A stretch of DNA of 64,000 nucleotides. It comes from Octopus sinensis. Its lineage: Eukaryota. The stretch lies in NCBI RefSeq assembly GCF_006345805.1, contig NC_042998.1, forward strand, positions 3,534,001 through 3,598,000. Reading direction: 5' to 3'. The notes under the pieces are model-generated. The model saw only the letters and a program-made list of their open reading frames with translations. It was not told where the DNA came from and made no database searches. Shown piece by piece: positions 54,048 through 64,000 of the stretch; positions within the stretch are counted from its first letter, which is position 1; each line of letters opens with the position of its first letter. Position numbers and translations under genes: made by a program.

Positions 54048-55260
54048 TGTATATATATAATTATAATGGAATAATTACTATGAAGCATTGTATACCTTTG
54101 TTCTTGTCCCTACACACAGCTTCACAACCGGTGTTAGATTATGTTCCGTACCTAGCGTTTCGGCAAAAGAAACCGACATAATGGGTACCAGACTTTAAAA
54201 TTAAATGCTAGGGGGGATTTGTTCGACTAACCCCTTGAAGGCAGTGCCCCAGCATGGCCACAGTTCAATGAGTGAAAAGAGTAAATTCGCAGCGTGGTAA
54301 AAGAAGTGGCTAACTTAGAAGTGGTTGTCCTATGCCTTATACTCTTTACCACCGTTTATCCATAAGTAAATAAGCTACAAAATAAAATGAATAAACGAAC
54401 TAGTGAATAAATAAACGAACATACATGCTGGTGGAAAGAATACGTCTTTCCCATTGAAAGCACTTTCTGTGTAAGGTCTTATCAGTCAAACAAAACCGGG
54501 TTTTCTCTCACAGGGACGTTAAGTGTTTTCTTCTCCACTACACATGACTATAATTGTAATTCATAAGATCACTATGCCAAGGACAAGGATTTTTGATGCC
54601 AGCAATCTTATCACTGAATACATGTAAGTACATATATTATAAACATGACGGTAGCAATAGGCAGAACCACTGTTAGTACGGAAATAAATAAAGAAAAATG
54701 TCATTGTTAGATGGTCTGCCTCTTCACAGATATTTGTTCGCCTGCATGAAAGCTGATATGAAATGTAAAAAAAAGATTTAAGCTCTACAGTCAAAAGACT
54801 CTATCGTCACTTTACAGTAGAATTTGAACAACAGACTTTACGCTATTTAAACAATTCGGGCAACTGATGTATTTAACACTCGGCTAATAATATACTAAAG
54901 AAAGAGGTCTTCAGCGGAGTAAATCGGATGTTGCACTCTAAGTCGAATAAGTGATGGTTCTAATCTAATAACCAGCTTTATTGATGCTGTTGGTATTCAG
55001 CTGAAGGCCTATCGCGATTCCCTTAAAGCCAGGAACTTTTCAGTACCCACCTCGTTGCTAACTTGTCTTATTTACTACAGTTATATGATGCATGGGCGCA
55101 AGCCAGGATTTCGACTGAGGAGGTTCTCAATAATTGAAATGATCCATCATTAGCTGTCTAATTTGTGACATAAATGCTACATAAAAATTATATTTACATG
55201 GAACTGAAATTGTGGTCCTTCGAACGTGTCAAACCCTTCCTGGTTACAGAGTAGTATGTA

Positions 55261-56100
55261 CAGGGTGTCCCAAAAGTCACTGATGGGTTTCAATTTTTAA
55301 TAACCTCCTTAACTTTACAAATAAATGCATGAAATTTTGATACAATATAAAGGACATAATGGAAATTAATATGCACAAAGCAAATGTTGCAACACCACTG
55401 CATCACATATAAAAAATGACATTGCTTAAATGGCTGCCTTTTTCGGCTTTGCACGTCCGTGCTTTTTCCAAAACTTGCACTATAACACCCCTCAAGAGTT
55501 TCAAACCCCACTTCTCTGATTTCTTTATTGATGTTCTCCTTCAGTTGCACCTGGGTCTTCGGTTTATTGACGTAAACCCTCTTTCAGGTATCCCCACAAG
55601 AAAAATTCCGGGCTAGTCAAGTCTGGGTAACGTGAAGGCCAGTTGACACTGCCGTGGCGGGAGATTATTCTCTCTCCATTGCACTGTTTCTCTTGCGGTA
55701 TAAGAAGTTGCCTCATCTTGCTGGAACCATGTGTGAGGTCTACTTTGCATGGCCGGGTGCAAAGAGATTTCAGTCATGGATATCTGAAAGAGAGCGTTTA
55801 CATCAACAAACCGGATACCCTGGTGCAACTGAAGGAGAACGTCAATAGAGAAATCAGAGAAGTGGGGTCTGAAACTCTTGAGAGTGTTATGGTGCAAGTT
55901 TTGGAAAGAACACGGGCGTACGAAGCTGAAAATGACTGCATTTATGCGATATCATTTTTCAAGTGATGTTGCAAAATTTGACTTGTGCATATTGATTTCC
56001 ATCATGTCCTTTATATTGCATCAAAAGTTCATGCATTTATTTGGAAAGTGAGAGGAAATTATTAAAAATCGAACCCATCAGTGACTTTTGGGGCACCCTA
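55261..56100. mobile_element. Tc1/mariner-derived foldback element made of two inverted transposon right ends
   Basis: TA|CAGGGTGTCCCAAAAGTCACTGATGGG at the left and its reverse complement at the right. The arms (~330 bp) each contain the transposase C-terminus (GYLKE..Y.NKP...VQLKEN). WFQQD motif on the - strand. Confidence 0.85.
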
Positions 56101-56840
56101 AGTTGAATACTTCATTTGCTTACATTTATGGGAAGGCTTTTATGAGATGGAAGAAAATGATATCAATCTATTCAATTGTAATCGTCCCAAAAACCAAGAA
56201 GTTCATTTTTTCGTTTAATGATTAACAAAAGTTTTAAATAATCCGATGAGCGATTGCACTCTTTGTGGTTGCACTATCTGTTACAAATAGCAGCCAAATG
56301 TTCTCATAATCATACCCTACCGTTTCAGATATACTATTCTAAAAACACAAGTCATAAGCTCATAGCTGGAACGTTTTTGGTCAGCGGTTTGTTCGATCCA
56401 TCAATAGCTATCACTGGCGTGATGAACATCTTTAAAATCGACTCGTGTGTGTGTGTATATATACACACATACATGGGTGCTTATATGTATATATATGTAT
56501 ATATATATATATATGTATATATAATATATATATATATTATATATATATATTATATGTATATATATATATATATATATAAGCATCCATGTGTGTGTTCGAT
56601 TGAGCTGTTTAAGATCAAAGTGATGCTAAATATTAAAATTCAGTCTTAGATATTGGGTCTGATTTTACAATAAATTACAGACTGCCAAAATGAGAATATT
56701 GATAAATATCAGATAATAAATTCTAAATCTCTCTCTCTCTCAATTCGTCTCCAATAAAGTTAAACATGTTTCCATTAAGAGAATACCCAAAGGCGGGGAA
56801 CTATCAGAATTGTTAGAGCGTTAGAAAAAGATACTCAGTA

Positions 56841-57135
56841 AGGCGGCGAGGTGGCAGAAACGATAGCGCGCCGGGCGAAATGCGTAGCCGTATTTCGTCT
56901 GACGTTACGTTCTGAGTTCAAATTCCGCCGAGGTCGACTTTGCTTTTCATTCTTTCGGGGTCGATAAATTAAGTACCAGTTACGCACTGTCCTTGTTTGT
57001 CCTCTCTGTGCTTAGCCCCTTGTGGGTAGTAAAGAAATAGGTATTTCGTCTGCCGTTACGTTCTGAGTTCAAATTCCACCTAGGTCGACTTTGCCTTTCA
57101 TCCTTTCGGGGTCGATTAAATAAGTACCAGTTACT
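56841..57135 (+). mobile_element. Dimer of the GCCTTTCATCC-core SINE, 3' end truncated next to the CR1 fragment
   Basis: Full head AGGCGGCGAGGTGGCAG, two cores and an internal Tx1-like tail. Confidence 0.75.
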
Positions 57136-57210
57136 TAGAACAAAGCGGTCGTCGGCATCTTCACCATCTCGTCTGGCAGCTTGTTCCACGGATTCGCAAC
57201 CCGGAGGGAG
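57136..57210 (-). mobile_element. Short inverted fragment of the same CR1-type LINE
   Basis: Its reverse complement is nearly identical to ~58414-58490 (CCGGGTTGCG.ATCCGTGGAACAAGCTGCCAGACGAGATGGTGAAGATGCCGACGACCGCTTTGTTC). Confidence 0.8.
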
Positions 57211-58054
57211 TTGTATATGCATATACACACCCGCGCCCTCGCAAACATACACGCGTGAGTGTTTATAGAGAGAGATGTGTGTGTAATGTGTTTGAAGGAA
57301 CTGTTTGTAATTAGACTCATGCCATGATTTCAAGCAGCTGCCCAAGATACCGTTAGCAATCTCTGCATTGGATGTAAAGCCAAGGTATATAGACCACTGA
57401 AGATCGTTAATATCTATTTAGATATCAGTGTGAAAGCATGCTATGGATTTAATTATACTATTGCCTGTACACCTACATAAAATACACTCTGCATACTTCA
57501 GCGCTTTGCCTTTCACATTTCGGAGTCGCTAAAATATGTACTCAGCACCTCCATCTAGATTAGTGGTGGTGGTGGTATTGGTGGTGCGACATTAAATTAA
57601 CTACATATATGTGGCTATGTGCCAAAGCAAGAAATCTTTATTAATGGTATTTATAAAGGGAACGGATGTATTGGACTAAATACCTTGCGGTGTTTAGATA
57701 CACGCTTTCTATAATAAATCCAAATACTAGTGGGGGACGACGTTGCCTTTTATCCTTCCGGGATGTCGATAAAATAAAGTGCCAGGCAACTACTGCGTTG
57801 ATATATAATATATATATATATAATATATATATCCCAACTCCTTTAGACCAAATATTTGGCCTTGTGCCTATGTGAGAAAATCGGGTTTTAGATTGATAGA
57901 ACGTCTGGTAAAATAGCTTACGTATTTGTTCCGACGCTTTACATTCTGAAGTCAAGTACTACCGACGTAAATTTGGCTTTCATTTTTCTTAGGTTGATAA
58001 AATAAAACACTAATCAAGTACTGAGGGCGATGGGCGATGTAATTGCTTACTGGC

Positions 58055-58358
58055 ACTCCGTCGGTTGCGACGACAGCAGTTCTAATCGATCCGACTAACG
58101 GAACAGCCTGTTCGTGCGATTAACGTACAAGTGGCTGAGCAATCCACAGACACGTGTATCTTTAACGTAGTTCCCACGGAGATATCAGCATGACACAGAA
58201 TGTGACAAGGCTGGCACTTTGAATTTGAGTTACAACTGAGTGGACTGTAGCAACTTGAAATATAGAGTGTCTTGCTCAAGGACACAACGCGCCGTCAGAA
58301 CTCGGACTCATGACCTTACGACCGTTAGCCGGATACCCTAACCACTAAGCCACACACC
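58055..58358 (-). mobile_element. tRNA-head CORE SINE with body B
   Basis: The reverse complement matches the 39316 family. Confidence 0.75.
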
Positions 58359-58361
58359 TAA

Positions 58362-58619
58362 TCGATTAGTCCCTTTTCATGCGACGATTTCATCTCAATC
58401 GAAGGAGAGGAGCTTTCTCCGTCCGGGTTGCGGATCCGTGGAACAAGCTGCCAGACGAGATGGTGAAGATGCCGACGACCGCTTTGTTCAAAGCCTCCCT
58501 TGACCTCAAGTGGCCTGAACTCTTTACTTGAACACCACCCTGTACTTAACTCCATGTCCCCCTACATGGCCTTGCTATTTGCTTTTGAGCCAAATTAACT
58601 AACTAACTAACTAACTAAC
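58362..58619 (+). mobile_element. CR1/L2-type LINE 3' end with (AACT)n tail
   Basis: Encodes RRFHLNRRRGAFSVRVADPWNKLPDEMVKMPTTALFKASLDLKW, a typical CR1 ORF2 end, followed by a short UTR and AACTAACTAACT. Confidence 0.8.
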
Positions 58620-58958
58620 ATTGCAGTTACTGGATTTATGCATTTATGCCTATGCTAGAAAAAGAAATTAAGAGTGATGGGTTGACAAAATCGTTAGGGT
58701 CAGACAAAATACTGGAAGTGTTTGTTTCTCTTTGTTACGTTTTTGGTTTCAAATCCTGCTGAGATAAAACTTTGTTATTTATTCTTCCGGGGTTGATAAA
58801 ATAATGTACCCAGTCAAGTATCGGAATGGATGCGGTGGATTGGCATAGACTGCCAGCGATATTTCTGTGGGGTCATTATGTTCTGAGCACGAATTGTACC
58901 AAGGTCAGCTTTGCTTTTCGTCCTTTCGGTATCCATGAGGTACCAGTCAAGTAATATC

Positions 58959-59529
58959 CTTTTCTACTCTAGGCAGAAGGCTCGAAATTTTTTGGGAGGG
59001 GCCCAGTTGATTAGATCGACTCCAGTACGTAACAGTACTTAATTTATCGACCCCGAAAGGATGAAAGGCAAAGTCGACCTCGGCGGATTTGCAATCAGAG
59101 CATAAAGACAGACGAAATACCTATTTCTTTACTACCCACAAGGGGCAAAACACAGAGGAGACAGACTAGGACAAATAGATTAAGTCGATTACATCGACCC
59201 CAGTGCATAACTGGTACTTATTTAATCGACCCCGAAAGGGTGAAAGGCAAAGTCGACTCAGTATTTGAACTCAGAACGTAACGGCAGACGAAATACCTAT
59301 TTCTTTATTACCCACAAGGGGCTAAACACAGAGGGGACAAACAAGGACAGACATAGGTATTAAGCCGATTACATCGACCCCAGTGCGTAACTGGTACTTA
59401 ATTTATCGACCCCGAAAGGATGAAAGGCAAAGTCGACCTCGGCGGAATTTGAACTCAGAACGTAACGCAGACGAAATACCGCAAAGCATTTCGCCCGGCT
59501 TGCTAACGTTTCTGCCAGCTCGCCGCTTT
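58959..59529 (-). mobile_element. Trimeric composite SINE
   Basis: TSD CCAGTCAAG(T/C)AATATC at 58943-58 and 59530-45, enclosing three cores. Confidence 0.85.
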
Positions 59530-59606
59530 CCAGTCAAGCAATATCGGCTAATCACCCAAATTGAATTGATAGTTTTGTGTCTAAATTAGATGACAAATAA
59601 ATGAAA

Positions 59607-59642
<36 letters not shown>

Positions 59643-60414
59643 GCTTTCCTGTCAAAACTTTAAAAATATAATTATGTTAGCACCCAATCTTACAGGGTAA
59701 CGCAGGAGTCTCTCGGCAGCCAACTCGATCTGGTAGAATTAACAGCCAAACTACTCTCAAATAGCATTTTACTAACTTAGAAAAAAACAGTTTAGACAAT
59801 ACCGTCTCGAATACACAGAGAAAAAAATGCTCCTACAGTAGTTGTTAAACATGATTGTAGGCTGTTTCGATCAAGTTTCAGCAATAGCAAAGGCAACATC
59901 AACAACATTAGCGTTAATACTCAGTTTATGTACAAGGCATAAATGTACACCTTAAACACCACAGCACACGAAGTATATACTGTAATATTTCTCTTTCGAA
60001 TATATGTGTATTCCCGACGGGACAAGACAAGAGTGCCCACTCATATAGGTGGTCTTGGTTTGCGTGATTCTAAGGAATTTATACATTGAAATATATTAAG
60101 TGGTAATTTTTTGATGGATTATATATATTTTATCATTTTCCATTTTCCATTATCACAATTTGGTTTCAGAGTTTTCAGTGGGCTAGCTGTATTATTTATT
60201 GACAGCCAGAGTGACGAGTGTCTGTAATTTGGATTAGAACAAATGTCCCAAGGGATTTCATTTCTGAAGTACCGGCTTCTTGCTTATCTCGACAGTGTTT
60301 ATATACTTCACCGATATACATCAACGCACAAATTCACACATAGGAATACACACCTTCCTCTCTTCCCCTCCCCCCTCTCTCTCTCTCTGTATGTATCTAT
60401 CTATCTATATATAT

Positions 60415-61095
60415 TAAAGGTTAGCAACTAAGTTTCCGCCATTTTTTTTAAATTTAAATTTTTTTAAATCCTTAATAAAAAATAACTATTTAATCAATAA
60501 TGTATATTCACCCTTGTTGTTTACAACTTCTTCCCAACGTTCAACAAGATTTTCAATACCTCGTTGGTAGAAATCACCCGATTTCCACTCGAAAAATTGA
60601 TCCAATCAAGCTCTCAATTCTGCATCAGTGTTGAACGAAACTCTGCGCATAGCATTTGAAAGAGAACGAATGAGGTGGAAATCCGTTGGTGCCAAATCAG
60701 GAGAGTACGGCGGGTGTAGCAGCACTTCCAAGCCATGCTTTTGAATGGCTTCCTTGGTCATATTGGTGATATGAGGGCGGGTGTTGTCGTGCAGCAGAAC
60801 TCCATGCTGCCGATTAGGTCTTTTCTCTTGAATAGCTGTGTTGAGTCGTTCCATCTGTTGAACATGAGAGTTCCGCGTTGACCGTTTGGTTCCATTCAAG
60901 CAATTCGTAATGGATAATCCCTTCCCAGTCACACTATACGCACAACATCGTTTTACGTGGATGAAGATCTTGTTTCACGCGCGGTGTCGCTTGTTTACCA
61001 GGTCTAAGCCATTCCTTACGCTGTTTCATATTGATGTACAGTCACCATTTTTCGTCGCCAGTAACGATTCGGTAAAGAAATTTTACAGGATTCAT
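60415..61095 (-). mobile_element. Mariner (DD34D-type) transposase fossil, 3' part with right TIR
   Basis: RIVTGDEKW, HDNTRPH and HPPYSPDLAPTDFHL motifs across frames, with stops and a frameshift. Mariner-like end TATTAAAGGTTAGCAACTAAG at ~60415. Confidence 0.9.
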
Positions 61096-61859
61096 AAATT
61101 AAAGGATGTACAGTACTCTCCACCAATCAAATGATTTAATTTTTTTTTTTTTTGTGGAATGAAATCAATTCAATACATCTTTGAATTGATGAATCCCGTA
61201 ACATTTTTGGCAGTCTTTCTCAGATGCCACTCAACGAAGTGACCACAGAGAGCTGTTGTTAAAAATATTCAAATACATAAATATTAAGAGTAATCTTGAT
61301 GTTATATAAATATGAAAATTGCAACTTGCCACTGGTATGGGGTGCAGAAACATGTTTTGATATATCATCAAAGATTGTCAACTTCCACCCTCATGTTATT
61401 ACTACTACTACTACATTAACCCTAAACAGAAAGAAATTCCGCATGCAGACCCATACCCTGAGTTACTCCAGGATATAATTAACATGTGGTAGCCGGCCAG
61501 AGATATAGGATCTTTTAAACGTGCGATTCGAGGATTTTTGCCCAAAATAAACTATATATATTTACATACATACTGCGAGCTTTTATAAAACTTATGTACA
61601 CTAAATTCAGAAGTTTAAGGTTATTGATCAACACGACTCTACGGTAGAAAATACTGAAATACAAAAAGCAGTTTCATATGGTGGTTTGAAATACGTGTAT
61701 TTCCCATCAATTACTCAGCTGAGGATTTGAAGAAAAGATGGTCATAATTTTTACAATTCCCTATTGCTTAGACATGTAAAGATGGTTTCTTGTAAAATAG
61801 CTATCATTCGATCGCGTCTGTAACTTACATGTTTACCCAGCCAATAACAACATAATTTA

Positions 61860-62175
61860 ACAAGAACTAAATAATGATGATAATAATAATAACAACAACA
61901 AGAACAAAATAATAATAATAAGAAGAACAAAATAATAATAATAATAACAAGAACAAAATAATAATAATAATAAAAATAACAAGAACAAAATATAAATAAA
62001 AATAGTAATAATAACAACAAAAACAAAATAATAATAAAAATAATAACAAAATAACAACAACAACAAATAATAACAACAACAAGACCAAAATAATAATAAC
62101 AACAAGAACAAAGTAATAATAATGATGATAATAATAATAATAATAATGATAATAAGCATGATGATGATAATGATG
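61860..62175. repeat. (AAT/AAC)n tract with recurrent AAGAACAAAA
   Basis: Directly visible. Confidence 0.85.
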
Positions 62176-62515
62176 GTGGTTTTTAACATTGGCACAGTGC
62201 CAAAAGGAATGGTACAGACGATTGAGTAAAATTCCAGTATCTTGCCAGCTACTTATAAGTTCAACTGCAGTGAAGGTTAAAAATCAACTGTACAGCAACA
62301 GGAAAAAGCAGAAAGGCATCCATACTGTTTTGGAACGGTGTGACTTAAGCTTTTTTTATTCCGTTTACAGCTCTTACTGCCTGTTTCTTTTCTATTTTTC
62401 TTTTTCCTTCAGTATCATTAAGGTGACATTTGGAATATATAGAATATAAATTAACATGAACATTTGAAATAAATTTTAAACTTAGATCACTTTTAAACAG
62501 GAAATTTGTACGATA

Positions 62516-62659
62516 GAATCAGATGCAGTTTGTATCAGAAGGGTTTAGAGCATTGGACAGAAAACTTTGGGCTATATATATGTGTGTATATATATATATA
62601 TAGCCCAAAGTTTTCTGTCCAATGCTCTAAACCCTTCTGATACAAACTGCATCTGATTC
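62516..62659. repeat. Perfect 65-bp-arm palindrome around a (TA/TG)n loop
   Basis: 62516-62580 is the exact reverse complement of 62595-62659. Confidence 0.95.
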
Positions 62660-63021
62660 CAAATACGCCAGCTAAACTAAGTTGTAATGTCTATTAGTCG
62701 TAAGACACCCGCTGTTTTTGTCCTGTTTTTACCATTATTGTTTTTTGTATTTTATATTCGTGTGGCATCGTCCGTTTTTCTGTCCCTGTTTCGTATACAT
62801 TCGATCCTTTTTCCAAGAAATCTAATGCTCGTAGCTTAGTTTTTCCTTGGGGCTGGCCGGATCGGAGCGATCTCAAGATTAATCAGCCGAAATTACTAGG
62901 ATGATCTGGTTCTTGACTGAAGATTGAAGGCTTCGAATGTCCCGTCCGTGTTTTTTTGTATCGTCTTCTAAATGTTTTACGTTCTTGTCCCAGTTTGTAT
63001 TTTTCTACATATAATATATAT

Positions 63022-63056
<35 letters not shown>

Positions 63057-63084
63057 TATGTGGGTGTGTGTGTGTGTGTGTGTG

Positions 63085-63382
63085 TATATAATTTAGAGAA
63101 AAACCTCTATTAAACAATTCAATAAAGATGTTACTCACACCATGTAGAAAACATACACCATAAAAAAACATATATTATAAGAAAACTTATTCTAAAAATC
63201 AATAACGTACGATAATTAGTAAATAATAGTTGTACTACTGTTTACTATTTATTGTACTTTATTGATTTTTAGAATAAGTTTTTTTATAATCTATGTTTTT
63301 TATAGTATATGTTTTCTATATGGTGTGAATAACATCTTTCTTTATTGAATTGCTTAATAGAAGTTTTTATCTAAATTATATA
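63085..63382. repeat. Imperfect ~145-bp-arm AT-rich palindrome flanked by (TA)n
   Basis: The arms align by eye with scattered mismatches and one 4-bp indel; the loop is almost absent (~63230). Confidence 0.88.
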
Positions 63383-64000
63383 TATATATATATTGTGAAA
63401 TTTGATTTAAAATTGTTAAACTAAATTTTTCCCTGTAAGTTTTGGAATTATATTCCCTACTATTATATATATATGTGTGTGTGTGTGTATCCCAGTTTCT
63501 TGGTCACTGATTTCAAATACTGCTGAGATCAACTTTGCATTTCTGGCACTCGGAGGTCGACAAGTAAAGTTCGAGTTTAGGGCGACCATTTGGCAGAATT
63601 GTTAGACCATCGGACTGGACGTCTTCAGTATCTTTTCCGACTCTTTGCATTCTAACAGACGACGTATGTGATGTCATTAGTGTATATCTGTATTGCCGTA
63701 ACGTGATAAATAAATTATAAATAATAGTTAGGCACAGGGCCATCAGTTTTTGAAGGGAGGGGTAAGTCGAAACTCAGCACTTGAATAGTTCTCATTTTAT
63801 TGATTACGAAAAACAAAGTCGACCTCGGAAGAGTTTGAGCTCAGAACGTAAAGACAAACGGAATGCTGGTAAGTATTTTGCCAGGCGTGCTAACGCTTTT
63901 GCTAGCTCACTGCCTTAAAATAAATTACAATAATAAAATTCACTTAATGATTACCACTTCATATACATTATGATATATAAATTCCTGGGCATCACTCTAA

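Noticed and set aside
54540-54800. Possible third ADAMTS exon near a GTAAGT
   Set aside because: No frame resembles the expected prodomain continuation, and stops intervene.
60606-60932. SETMAR-like domesticated transposase
   Set aside because: Stops and frameshift, no SET exon, terminal repeat retained: an ordinary mariner fossil.

Overview
Eukaryotic, AT-rich and repeat-saturated DNA. The SINE families and microsatellite density point to an Octopus/coleoid cephalopod genome (inference from recognised repeats). One host gene is supported: a + strand ADAMTS-family metalloprotease. Its signal-peptide exon (26331-26433, too short for the ORF track) splices in phase across a 22.3-kb intron to a prodomain exon (48772-49124); I found no later exon in the window. 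The rest is mobile DNA: a 5'-truncated Tx1/L1-clade LINE inside (TCTA)n, an ORF1-only (HAL1-like) element, RTE and CR1 fragments, several tRNA-derived SINE families, mariner/Tc1 fossils, 8-bp-TSD MITEs, a Helitron-like element, palindromes and simple repeats. Main candidate system: the Tx1-type LINE, the ORF1-only element and one SINE family share a ~40-nt 3' end with a short covarying stem-loop, and that SINE also moved as TSD-bounded dimers and trimers. Most ORFs in the track are microsatellite artefacts. No CRISPR array, rRNA gene or genuine tRNA gene was seen.
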